Source of the DNA: Myxococcota bacterium
GTDB taxonomy: Bacteria; Myxococcota_A; UBA9160; JAFDDA01
NCBI GenBank assembly: GCA_965228475.1
Contig: OZ245817.1
Span: forward strand, 224,001 to 288,000
Direction of reading: 5' to 3'
Length of the DNA: 64,000 nt
Of the stretch, positions 47,381 through 56,569 are shown piece after piece. Below the pieces are notes generated by a model. That model searched no databases, had not been told where the DNA came from, and worked only from the letters and a program-made list of their open reading frames with translations. The position numbers and the translations under genes were made by a program. Position 1 is the stretch's first letter; the number at the start of each line of letters is the position of its first letter.

Positions 47381-48241
47381 ATGCCGCGTTGGCGTCGCGT
47401 TCGAGCAGGCTCGCTGGCGTTGCTGGGCGGGGTCGTTCTCGCCTGCCTTCTCGCTTCCCGGCCCGCCGGGGCGAGCGAGGAGGCCGTCTCCGCCAAGCCG
47501 TGGTGGGCCGGCGAGCTCGCGCTTCGGGTCGGCGCCGACTGGAGCAGCGGCGACTACGGCGGCGCCGAAGAGACGGACCTCTGGTTCGTGCCCGTCTCGC
47601 TCGGCTACACCTTCGACGGCTTCGCCCCGACGCCCTATGCCTGGGATCAGTTCGAACTCCGCGTGAGCAGTTCGTACCTGCGCATCCGCGGCCCCGGGGA
47701 CTTCTTCACCGACGGCGCGGCCGGCGTCAGCGCGAACCGCCGCAGCGACGAAGGCGTCGGTGACACCTGGCTGCGCGGCATCTACGTCTTCCTGCCGAAG
47801 CCGACGATGCCGCTCCCGGTCTTCGAACTCGAAGGCAAGCTCAAGATCCCGACGGCCAGCAACACCCGGGACCTCGGCACCGGAAAGCTCGACGGCGCCC
47901 TCGAAGCGACGGTCTCGCGCAGCTTCGGCCCGGTGACGCCGCTGCTCTCGGTCGGCTGGCGCTTCCGCAAGGACCCGGCGGCCACCAACCTGCGGAGCCA
48001 CGCCACCGCGAGCGCCGGCGCGAGCTTCCGGCTCCACGAACGCCTCAGCGCAGGCCTGCTCTACGACTGGCGCGATCGTTCCGCCGAGGGCCGCTCGCGC
48101 TCCCACGAGCTCGTCCCCCACCTGAGCTTCAAGCCGACGCCGCGGGTCGCGATCTCCCCCTACGCCGTCTGGGGGATCGCGGGCTACGTGCCGGACTACG
48201 CGTTCGGCGTGACGTTCCGCTACCAGATCCGGATCGACTGA
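47381..48241 (+). CDS. Outer-membrane beta-barrel (MetA-pathway/transporter-like)
   Basis: SSGDYG, GVGD, KIPTA...LGTGKLD, C-terminal FGVTFRYQI. Confidence 0.75.
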   Translation: MPRWRRVRAGSLALLGGVVLACLLASRPAGASEEAVSAKPWWAGELALRVGADWSSGDYGGAEETDLWFVPVSLGYTFDGFAPTPYAWDQFELRVSSSYLRIRGPGDFFTDGAAGVSANRRSDEGVGDTWLRGIYVFLPKPTMPLPVFELEGKLKIPTASNTRDLGTGKLDGALEATVSRSFGPVTPLLSVGWRFRKDPAATNLRSHATASAGASFRLHERLSAGLLYDWRDRSAEGRSRSHELVPHLSFKPTPRVAISPYAVWGIAGYVPDYAFGVTFRYQIRID

Positions 48242-48268
48242 GACGATCGGAGCGTCGCCGGCCGGCGC

Positions 48269-49525
48269 TCAGCGCACGTCGAAGATCTGGATGGCGTCCT
48301 GGGTCGGCGCGCGCTCGATCCGGTCCGGCCGCTCGAAGACCTCGGGCCGTTCGAGCTCCGGCCGCTCGGGGGTCTCGGGCCGCTCCGGCCGTTCGATCCG
48401 CTCCGGCTTCACCGGCCGATCGGGCCGCTCGACGGGCCCGACGGCGGCGCGTTCCGGTCGAACCCGGGTCGCTGCGCCCCCGCTCCGAGCGTCCGGGCGT
48501 TCCGGGGCCACGGGCTTCGGCAGCGCGCCTGGGCCGGGCCGTTCGGGCTTTTCGGGACGCGTCGGTGTTTCGCGAACCAGCACCCGCTCGGCGCGGACCG
48601 CGCGCTCGCGGAGCGGCCCCTCGGCGATGATCCGGCGGTCGCGCTCGGGCCGCGCCCCGGCTTCCGCCGGAAGCTCGAGCTCGATGCCCGGTAGCGCGAC
48701 CGTGCCGGGGCGCTCGCCGGGCCGCGCGTAGCCCTCGATGGAGAGTCGTTCGAAGACGCGGCCCCCCGCGCGCCCGCTCGCGAGCTCCGCGCGGATCTCC
48801 GCGAACCGGGCGCGGCCGTCGGGCATCCGTGCATGCCGGACCACACGGGAGGCCACGAGTCTTCCATCGGCGCCGGGGAGCGCCGCAACTTCCAGGGCAT
48901 CGCCGGGTTCGAGTCGTTGGAAGGTGAGCGGTGCCGCGTCGGAGCTCGAAACGATCGGGGTTCCGAACGGAACCTCCACCACGCGGCCTCCGACCACCAG
49001 GCGTCCGCGCGCGTCGTCGAGCGCGGCGATCACGCCGAGGACCGCGCTCACGACTTCGATGCGGTCGGTGAAGAGCCGGCCCGCGCGCGGCTCGGCGACG
49101 AGCCAGACCACCTGGCCCACCGCGAGGTCCCGTGTCGTGCCGACCGTTTCACCGCGGAGGAGCACCGTCGCTCCCGCGTCGTAGCCGATGCGGAGACCGT
49201 TCACGCAAAGGCTCCCGAAGCCCGTGACGGTGCCGAACACACCCGTCCCCCCGACGCCGCCCGCCGGCAGATGGCCCGTTCCTCCGACGCCGCCTTCGCG
49301 TTCGGGCGCGTTCCCGGTCCCCCCGACGCCGCCGCGGGGGGAGAGCCCGGTGCCGCCGACCCCGCCCGGGCTGTGCCCGGTTCCGCCGAGCCCCGAGCCC
49401 CCGGAGCCGGCGAGCAGGGTGGCGTCGGCCAGGGCGCACGGGCCGTCCGCCGCCGCGGGCGCGCCCGCGCAGGCCAGCGCGAGGGCGAGCAGGGCCCGCG
49501 TGGCGATGCGCGCCGGGCTAGCCAT
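48269..49525 (-). CDS. Exported DUF5666-domain protein with GGxGGTG and ERP repeats
   Basis: Signal peptide; 5x G[GS][VL]GGTG-type repeats; GTVTGFGSLCVNG; C-terminal ERPE repeats. Confidence 0.8.
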   Translation of the reverse strand: MASPARIATRALLALALACAGAPAAADGPCALADATLLAGSGGSGLGGTGHSPGGVGGTGLSPRGGVGGTGNAPEREGGVGGTGHLPAGGVGGTGVFGTVTGFGSLCVNGLRIGYDAGATVLLRGETVGTTRDLAVGQVVWLVAEPRAGRLFTDRIEVVSAVLGVIAALDDARGRLVVGGRVVEVPFGTPIVSSSDAAPLTFQRLEPGDALEVAALPGADGRLVASRVVRHARMPDGRARFAEIRAELASGRAGGRVFERLSIEGYARPGERPGTVALPGIELELPAEAGARPERDRRIIAEGPLRERAVRAERVLVRETPTRPEKPERPGPGALPKPVAPERPDARSGGAATRVRPERAAVGPVERPDRPVKPERIERPERPETPERPELERPEVFERPDRIERAPTQDAIQIFDVR

Positions 49526-50378
49526 CGCTCTCGTCCTCATCCCCGAGGGCTTCGTAGAAGTAGATCCCGAAGTTGATGCGGCCCTCGGCGCCCTCGGCAT
49601 CGCCGTCGCGGCGCTGCAGCGCGAGGGCGCGCTCGTTCACCGAGAGCAGCGCGTCCATCCCGAGCCGCTCGGAGAGCTCGCGCAGTTCGGCGACGGCCTC
49701 GGGGGTCAGGCCGTCGTAGTAGACGCTGCGATCGGGCAGGGTCGGCTCGCCGCCGCGCAGGTTGTGCGCGCCGGCGGCCGCATGGTCCGCGAGGTTCCGG
49801 CCGAAGAAGAAGGCCTTCTCGTCGAACCCCTTCTCGGGGACGAAGGCGCGCGTGTTCAACACGACGCGGTCCTGCGAATCGATCCCCGCCACGCCGAGCC
49901 GGAGCCACTCGTCGAGGACCGTGCGCGGCCGAACGTCCTTGCTGACGGACTCGACGAGCCCGTCGAAGGAAACGGCACCACCCTGGCTCGCGAGCCGCGG
50001 GAGCGGAAGCGGGCGGCCCCGCGCGTCGCGGTAGGCGGGCTCGCCGAGCCAACGTGAGACCAGCAGCGCGCCGAGCGACGCGGTCCGTCTCGCCTCCGGG
50101 TTGCCGCCTTCTTCCCGCAACCGCTTCACGTCCTTGCGGTGCACGCCGGTCAGCAGGTGCACGCGCGTGTTGGTCTGACGCCGGCCCTCGAGCGGGAAGT
50201 CCCGCTCGGCGACCTCGACGTAGATCTCCTTCAGCAAACCGGCGAGGACCGGAAAGGTCACGCGATGCTCGACGAGCAGGCGAACCAGGGGCCGGAGCAG
50301 TCGACGCAAGGCACCCAGCAGCGCGCGCGGCGGTGCGCCCGCGTCCTCCGGCTGGCCGCCGCTGGGCTTTGCGCTCAT
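49518..50378 (-). CDS. DUF6502 family protein (putative DNA-binding regulator)
   Basis: RRLLRPLVRLL, LLTGVHRKDV, SFDGLV..VSKDVRPRTVLDEW, NLADH..A..HNL, GIYFY; GGAG SD. Confidence 0.82.
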   Translation of the reverse strand: MSAKPSGGQPEDAGAPPRALLGALRRLLRPLVRLLVEHRVTFPVLAGLLKEIYVEVAERDFPLEGRRQTNTRVHLLTGVHRKDVKRLREEGGNPEARRTASLGALLVSRWLGEPAYRDARGRPLPLPRLASQGGAVSFDGLVESVSKDVRPRTVLDEWLRLGVAGIDSQDRVVLNTRAFVPEKGFDEKAFFFGRNLADHAAAGAHNLRGGEPTLPDRSVYYDGLTPEAVAELRELSERLGMDALLSVNERALALQRRDGDAEGAEGRINFGIYFYEALGDEDESDG

Positions 50379-50425
50379 CGTGTCTCCGTCGTGTCCCCGG
50401 GGTGGGGAAGAGGTTCTCGCGAGCG

Positions 50426-50440
50426 TGGGAAAAAGTACCA
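50426..50440. promoter_or_regulatory. Third TGGGA-N5-T(A)CCA site upstream of DUF6502
   Basis: TGGGAAAAAGTACCA, one mismatch to the palindrome. Confidence 0.6.
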
Positions 50441-50582
50441 CAACAAGCGAGGCGCGCCTCTCGTGTGGATCGCGTTCTCTGACAAAAAGTTCAATTCAAT
50501 CAATCCTTTGCGGGGGTTTCTGCCGGCCCGGTTCCGGCCATCGGGGTGGGGAAGCCGAGTCCCTCCCGGTACCGTCTGGACC

Positions 50583-51041
50583 ATGACTTCCCGAGGCCAT
50601 CGTCAGACTCCGCTCTCGCCCCGCCGCGCCGGTGCCATTCTCCTCACGCTGTTCGCCCTTGCCTGCGCGCCGGCACAGGAAGGCGGCGGCGAGGGCCCGC
50701 TCGTCGCCTTCGAAGAAGACCGCTTCGGACTCGTCGTGCAGGAGGTCGCCGCGGAGGGGAGCCGCGCGCTGCATACCCGGCTCACCCAGCGCGGCGAGTG
50801 GCACTTCAGTCTCGACTACCCGATCCGCATGGAGCTCGAGGCCGAAGGCCTCGCGCTGCAGCGGACCTGGCGCAAGGCCGAGGCGGTGGAAGTGGCCGAA
50901 GGTGCCGTGGCGTTCCAGGTCCCCTTCGAGGTCGCGAAGGAGGGCGGCGGTCGCGTGGCCGGGACGCTGCACTTCGGCGTGTGCCGGTCCGACGAGCTGT
51001 GCGAACCGGTCAGCGAAACGTTCGAGACGCGGCTGCGTTGA
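50583..51041 (+). CDS. Lipoprotein with DsbD-N-like Ig fold
   Basis: LALAC lipobox; WHFSLDYP; FGVCRSDELCEP (CxxxxxC). Confidence 0.6.
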   Translation: MTSRGHRQTPLSPRRAGAILLTLFALACAPAQEGGGEGPLVAFEEDRFGLVVQEVAAEGSRALHTRLTQRGEWHFSLDYPIRMELEAEGLALQRTWRKAEAVEVAEGAVAFQVPFEVAKEGGGRVAGTLHFGVCRSDELCEPVSETFETRLR

Positions 51042-51068
51042 CGTGGGGGCGGCCGGGGACGGCCTCGC

Positions 51069-52697
51069 TCAGGCGCTGACGGCGATCTGCGGCCGCGGAG
51101 CGACTCGCTGCGGCGCCCGCTCCCGGACGGGGTTCTGCAGGCGCTCGAGCCGCTCCTCGAGATCGAGGACGAGGTTCGCCGAGCGCCGCACGGAGATCGC
51201 GCTCTCCCCCGGTTCACCGGCGGCGATGCGGCGGCCGATCTCGTCGTACATCAGGCGATACGCGTCGAGCCGCGGGATCCGGCGCCGCCGCAGAACGCGG
51301 CTGCCGTTCTCGGCCTGGTAGCGCGACTGATCCTCGATCGTCACGGTGGCGCCGTTGGCGCGGAGCTCGACGTGGTCTCGGACCCCGAGGCGCCGGCTGC
51401 CCCGGTCGGTGAGGGCCATCGTGAAGAACGCACCGTTCTCGAGGGTGACGGAGGCGTTCAGCGACCCGTCCGGCGCAGCGGCGAGCTGCATGTCCGAGAC
51501 CGCAGCGAACTCGTTCAGGTAGAGGAAGTGGTCGAGCCAGTGGCAGCCGTTCGAGAGCAGGCGGCTTCGCGAGTTGGGCCAGCGGTACCAGTGGAGGGCC
51601 GGGAGCGGCACCTCGAAGACGACCGCGTGGTAGGAAACCGGCTCCCCGGGCTCGACGCCGAGGTCCTCGCGGGCCATGGCGTTGAAGGGCAGATAGCGCC
51701 GCTGGTAGCCGCTGAAGACGGAGCCGTTGCCTTCGCGCATGGCGGCGAGAAGCTCGCGAAGCTGCGGGCGCGTCGTCGCGATGGGCTTCTCGATGAGCAC
51801 CGCCGCGCCGCGCCGGAGCGCCTCGGCCGCCACGGGCGCGTGGGTGTGGTGGTAACCGGCGACGATGACGGCGTCGTGGGTCTGCTCGGAGAGGTGCGGG
51901 GAGCTGTCCCAGGTGACGCCGGCCGGGCGGCGGAGCGGGATCTGGGTCGGATCGATCTCGTGGATGCGGTCGACCGTCAGGTGGTTCCGGAGCGCCGGGA
52001 GGGCGACGGTCTTCGCGTAGTTGCCGTAGCCGAACAGGGCGGCGCGAGGCCGGCCGTCGATTCGATCCACCCGCGGAGCCGGCAGGACCGTGGCCGGCGC
52101 GGTCTCCGGCGCCGCGAAGGACTGTGCCTTCTTCCAATCCGCCTCGCGGACCGCGCGCCCGGCTTCCTTCATGAGGATCTCGAGCGCGGCGCTCGGAAGG
52201 TTCAGTCCGGCTTCCGCGTGCCATCCGCGGACCCCGACCCACCACGCGGCGCCATCGGAAGGTTGGAGCGCGAGATGGAGGAGCGTGTTCTTCGCCAGTT
52301 CGGGGACGGCGCCCGACTCCGCGGCCACCACGAGGCCTTCGGGTACGACGACGCCGTCGGTGCAGGCGGGACCTGCGGGAGACAGGAACACGACGCTCTC
52401 ACCGGTGCGCAGCTTCCCGCTCCCGGGGCACTCGACGACGCGGCCGAAGCCGCAGGAGACGAACTTCGCGTTGCGATGGCGCTCGCTCGTCCGGGAGAGG
52501 ACCTTGCGGGCCGTGGCCGTGGGGCCGATCTCGCGGAGGTAGTTCCAGACGAGCCGGGCGTTGCGCGGCTTGGTCGGGTAGAGCCCTTCGATGGCCTCGA
52601 GGTTCAGGAGGCCGCGGACCTGGATCCGGACCTCGTGCTCCCGGCGGTGGGGGTCGGCGAGACCCTCGACCCAGTCCTTTCCCAGCCGTGCGCGCAC
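51069..52697 (-). CDS. Gfo/Idh/MocA oxidoreductase with N-terminal extension
   Basis: AGGAGG SD before GTG 52697; GYGNYA, HHTHA, IEKP, GYQRR, NGCHWLD. Confidence 0.82.
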   Translation of the reverse strand: MRARLGKDWVEGLADPHRREHEVRIQVRGLLNLEAIEGLYPTKPRNARLVWNYLREIGPTATARKVLSRTSERHRNAKFVSCGFGRVVECPGSGKLRTGESVVFLSPAGPACTDGVVVPEGLVVAAESGAVPELAKNTLLHLALQPSDGAAWWVGVRGWHAEAGLNLPSAALEILMKEAGRAVREADWKKAQSFAAPETAPATVLPAPRVDRIDGRPRAALFGYGNYAKTVALPALRNHLTVDRIHEIDPTQIPLRRPAGVTWDSSPHLSEQTHDAVIVAGYHHTHAPVAAEALRRGAAVLIEKPIATTRPQLRELLAAMREGNGSVFSGYQRRYLPFNAMAREDLGVEPGEPVSYHAVVFEVPLPALHWYRWPNSRSRLLSNGCHWLDHFLYLNEFAAVSDMQLAAAPDGSLNASVTLENGAFFTMALTDRGSRRLGVRDHVELRANGATVTIEDQSRYQAENGSRVLRRRRIPRLDAYRLMYDEIGRRIAAGEPGESAISVRRSANLVLDLEERLERLQNPVRERAPQRVAPRPQIAVSA

Positions 52698-52804
52698 GCA
52701 ACTCCTCCTACCGTGGAGTGGGAGGGAGCCGGTGTGTCGTGGCACAAGAAGTTGCGGCGCTCCGGAGAAAACCCGTAAATGGATGGATTTGCTATGGAAA
52801 TTGT

Positions 52805-53866
52805 TCAGCGGGTGGGGCGGAAGCAGTCCACGAGCCGCTTCGCGTAGGCGACCACGTGCCCCACCTTGGCCGCCTCCGTGCGGCCCAGGCGCACGACCAC
52901 GAGATCGAGCTTCGGGCTCATCAGGATGCGCTGGCCGAAGGCGCCGTTGCAGGAGAAGAGGCCGAGGCTCCCCGGGATCACCCAGAAGTGGGCGCCGTAG
53001 AGCCCGTCGGATTGGGGGCTCGGTGTGCGCACGTAGTCGACCCAGCCCTCGGGCAGGATCCGCCGGCCGTCGAAGACGCCGTCGCGCAGGTGGAGCAGGC
53101 CGAAGCGGGCGAAGTCCCGGGCCGAACAGTAACAGTGGCTTCCGCCGACGAAGGTCCCGGCTTCGTCGAAGCGCGGCTTGGCGGTCGTCATGCCGAGCGG
53201 TTCGAAGAGCTCTTTCGCCATGAAGGCGCGCATGCCGTCTTCACCGCCGCCGACGGTCTCCGAGACGAACCGCGAGAGCAGGTTGCTGGCGCCGCTGTTG
53301 TAGTTCCAGCGGGCCTCGGGCTCGGCGACCTTGGGCAGCGTCGCCGCGAAGCCGGCGACGTCGTCCTTGCCATGGCCGAACAGCATCGGGATGACGTCGG
53401 ACTCCTCCTCCGGGTAGTAGCGGACGGATCCGTTGCCGAGATGCTCGGCTTCGCGGAAGCGCAGCCCGTCGACCATGCGGAGCATCTGATCGACGGTGAT
53501 CGCGCGCCGCGGATCGCCCTCTCCCCACTCCTTCACGGGGATCGGCGCGTGGAGGTCGATGCGTCCTTCGCGCACGAGGATGCCGACGAGGGCGCAGGTG
53601 ATGCTCTTGGCCATGGACCAGGAGAGGAACGTGTCGTCCGGCGAGACGTCCGGCGCGTAGCGTTCCGCCACGATCGCGCCGTGCTGGACGATCACGACGC
53701 CGTGCGTGCGTTCGAGATCGTCGGGTTCGGGCTGCGCGAAGGCGTGGTCGAGCAGGGCCTCGAGCGCGTCGCGGTCGACGGCCGGGTCGAGCGGCGCTTC
53801 GGGCCACGCGGTGGTGGGCCAGGGGGTCTCGGCAGGCTGGGTCGGGAGCGGGAGGAGGTCCGGCAT
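52805..53866 (-). CDS. Serine hydrolase (beta-lactamase class C-like)
   Basis: SWSMAKS (SxxK), WNYNS, ARDFARFG, GAFGQ. Confidence 0.9.
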   Translation of the reverse strand: MPDLLPLPTQPAETPWPTTAWPEAPLDPAVDRDALEALLDHAFAQPEPDDLERTHGVVIVQHGAIVAERYAPDVSPDDTFLSWSMAKSITCALVGILVREGRIDLHAPIPVKEWGEGDPRRAITVDQMLRMVDGLRFREAEHLGNGSVRYYPEEESDVIPMLFGHGKDDVAGFAATLPKVAEPEARWNYNSGASNLLSRFVSETVGGGEDGMRAFMAKELFEPLGMTTAKPRFDEAGTFVGGSHCYCSARDFARFGLLHLRDGVFDGRRILPEGWVDYVRTPSPQSDGLYGAHFWVIPGSLGLFSCNGAFGQRILMSPKLDLVVVRLGRTEAAKVGHVVAYAKRLVDCFRPTR

Positions 53867-53987
53867 GGCGGGAGCATACCATTCGGGTCTTTCCGACCTC
53901 GGCGGGGTCTCTCCGAACTCGGAGCAAGGTCTGCCCGCGGCCGATGGTTCTTGAAAAGGCTCATCCGTTCTCAGAGACTGTTCGGCC

Positions 53988-56261
53988 ATGCGAAGACACA
54001 GCGCGTTCGGGGCCTTGGCTTCTCTTCTCCTGCTCACGGGGGCGGGCTGCGGCGGCAGCGAGCGGGACGCCGGCGTGATCGAGGGGCCGGGCCGCACGGC
54101 CGAGGCCATCGAGGCCGTCGAACGCGGACAGGAAGCGGGCCGGGCGGGCGTCGACGGCGTCGCGGGGGGAGCGCGCTCGGCGCCTCCGCGGCAGATCCTC
54201 TTCGGCGACCTCCACGTCCATACCACCTTCTCCCTGGACGCGTTCTTCTTCTCGCTGCCCGTCGTCGCGGGAGAGGGGGCGCATCCCCCGGCCGACGCCT
54301 GCGACTACGCGCGGCACTGTTCGCAGCTCGACTTCTTCGCCCTGACGGATCACGCGATGGGGATCTCGCGGGAGCACTGGGACGCGACGAAAGAAAGCCT
54401 TCGCCAGTGCCAGGCCCGCGCCGGCGATCCGGCGGACCCGGACATCGTGGCGCTCGCGGGCTGGGAGTGGACGCAGGTCGGCACGCGGCCGGACGATCAC
54501 TGGGGACACAAGAACGTGATCTTCCCCGGGCTCGCGGACGAAGAGCTGCCCGCGCGTCCGATCAACTCCTTGACCGACGAGCAGGCCGAGCTGGCCGGTT
54601 CCGGAGGCGGAGGGCGCCGTTGGGCGGGCGTCGGGACCAAGGTGATCGGTGCCCTCGATCCCCTCGGCTGGAGCGAGTACGCGGACTACGGTGCCTACCT
54701 CGAGCAGCTCGCCGAGCGCGAGGTCTGCGAGCGCGGCGTCGACACGCGCGAGCTCCCGCCGGATTGCGCCGAGAACGCGCCGACCCCGGGCGTGCTCTTC
54801 GAGAAGCTCGCCCAGTGGGGCCACCCCGTGATGGTGATTCCGCACGGAACGACCTGGGGGCTCTACTCGCCGCCGGGGACCGAACTCGACAAGCAGCTCA
54901 CCCGCTCGGAGCACGACCCGAAGGTGCAGGGGGTGATGGAGATCATGTCGGGCCACGGCAACTCGGAGGAGTACCGGAGCTTCCGCGCCGTCGAGCACGA
55001 AGGCGGGGAGGCGGTGTGCCCGGAGCCGAGCGAAGGCTTCATGCCGTGCTGCTGGCGGGCGGGCGAGATCATGCGCGAGCGCTGCGGCGAGCGGTCGAGC
55101 GAGGAGTGCGAAGAACTCGTCTCCCTCGCGCGACAGTACACGCTCGAAGCGGGGGTGAATCCGCAGCAGGTCTTTCCGGATACGCGCGGCGAGGATTGGC
55201 TCGACTGCGATCAGTGCCGCGACTGCTTCAAACCCTCCCTCGGCTACCGCCCGAAGGGTTCCGCCCAGTACGCCCTGGCGCTCGGGAACTTCGACGAACC
55301 GGACGACGCCGGTGACCCGATGCGCTTCCGGTTCCGCTTCATCGCTTCGAGCGACAACCACACCGCCCGCCCCGGCACGGGCTACAAGCAGTACGAGCGG
55401 CGCCGGATGACCGAGTCGACGGGGACGCGATCGGCCTTCTACGACCGGCTCTTCCGCTGGGCCCAGCAGCGTCCGCTCGGCGAGTGGGAGCCGGGGACGC
55501 CGACCGAGCCCCCGCCGCCCGGCCCGACGATCCGCGGTGCCGACACCGAGCGCGTGGCGAGCTTCCTCTACCCGGGCGGCCTCGCGGCCGTGCACGCTGA
55601 CGGCCGCAGCCGCGAAGCGGTCTGGGACGCGCTCCAGCGCGGCGAGATCTACGGAACGAGCGGCCCCCGGATCCTGCTCTGGTTCGACCTCTTGAACGGG
55701 AGCGAGGGGCCCGTGCCCATGGGCAGCGAGGCCGAGCTCGCCTCGGCGCCGCGCTTCGAGGTGCGCGCGGTCGGATCCTTCGTCCAGCAGGAAGGCTGCT
55801 CCGAGGAGAGCACGAGCGCCCTCTCCGAGGAGCGGCTCGACTACCTCTGCCGCGGCGAGTGCTACCACCCGAGCGACGAGCGTCACCCGATCGCGGCCAT
55901 CGAGGTCGTCCGCATCCGTCCGCAGATCCGGCCGGACGAGCCCATCGAAGATCTGATCGAGGATCCCTGGCGGCGCTTCGAGTGCGACCCGAACCGCGCC
56001 GAAGGCTGCGTCGTGCGGTTCGGCGACCCGGAGTTCGACCGCATCGCGCGCGACGCCGTCTACTACGTGCGCGCCATCCAGGAAGAGACCCCGGCGGTCA
56101 ACGGCGCGAACCTGCGCACCGAGTTCGACGCCGAGGGCCGCCCGGTGAGCACCGAGCCCTGCTTCGGCGACTTCCGCACGCCCTTCGACGAGGACTGCCT
56201 CGCCCCCGTGCAGGAGCGCGCCTGGTCCTCGCCGATCTTCGTGGGCCACGCGGGGAGCTGA
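53988..56261 (+). CDS. DUF3604 (PHP-like) lipoprotein
   Basis: GAGC lipobox; FGDLHVHT..SLDA, TDHA, SSDNH, YGTSGPRI, QERAWSSPI. Confidence 0.88.
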   Translation: MRRHSAFGALASLLLLTGAGCGGSERDAGVIEGPGRTAEAIEAVERGQEAGRAGVDGVAGGARSAPPRQILFGDLHVHTTFSLDAFFFSLPVVAGEGAHPPADACDYARHCSQLDFFALTDHAMGISREHWDATKESLRQCQARAGDPADPDIVALAGWEWTQVGTRPDDHWGHKNVIFPGLADEELPARPINSLTDEQAELAGSGGGGRRWAGVGTKVIGALDPLGWSEYADYGAYLEQLAEREVCERGVDTRELPPDCAENAPTPGVLFEKLAQWGHPVMVIPHGTTWGLYSPPGTELDKQLTRSEHDPKVQGVMEIMSGHGNSEEYRSFRAVEHEGGEAVCPEPSEGFMPCCWRAGEIMRERCGERSSEECEELVSLARQYTLEAGVNPQQVFPDTRGEDWLDCDQCRDCFKPSLGYRPKGSAQYALALGNFDEPDDAGDPMRFRFRFIASSDNHTARPGTGYKQYERRRMTESTGTRSAFYDRLFRWAQQRPLGEWEPGTPTEPPPPGPTIRGADTERVASFLYPGGLAAVHADGRSREAVWDALQRGEIYGTSGPRILLWFDLLNGSEGPVPMGSEAELASAPRFEVRAVGSFVQQEGCSEESTSALSEERLDYLCRGECYHPSDERHPIAAIEVVRIRPQIRPDEPIEDLIEDPWRRFECDPNRAEGCVVRFGDPEFDRIARDAVYYVRAIQEETPAVNGANLRTEFDAEGRPVSTEPCFGDFRTPFDEDCLAPVQERAWSSPIFVGHAGS

Positions 56262-56358
56262 TCCGCCGCGGAGCGCTGCGGAAGACTTCTACCCCCGTGC
56301 GAAGAATCTTGCGTTTTTCGCGTCACCCGGAGGGCCGGGGTGGGTACTCACGGGGGCC

Positions 56359-56556
56359 ATGACGCTCGGCCAATGCGCAAACTGCATGATGAACGCGCCG
56401 CTCCTGCTTCGCCGCTTCAAGGGAGCTGCCTATCGCGCGTGGATCTGCGAAGACTGCGAGCGGTCGATCCCGCTCGACGAGCTGCGTCACCCGGAGCGCT
56501 CCGTGGCCCGCGCGGCCCCGGCCGCTCGAAGCGCGCCGCCGCCCCGCCAGCGCTAG
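56359..56556 (+). CDS. Small zinc-ribbon protein
   Basis: CANC...CEDC in 65 aa, filling an otherwise empty intergenic gap. Confidence 0.55.
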   Translation: MTLGQCANCMMNAPLLLRRFKGAAYRAWICEDCERSIPLDELRHPERSVARAAPAARSAPPPRQR

Positions 56557-56569
56557 CCGCGCCCGCCCT

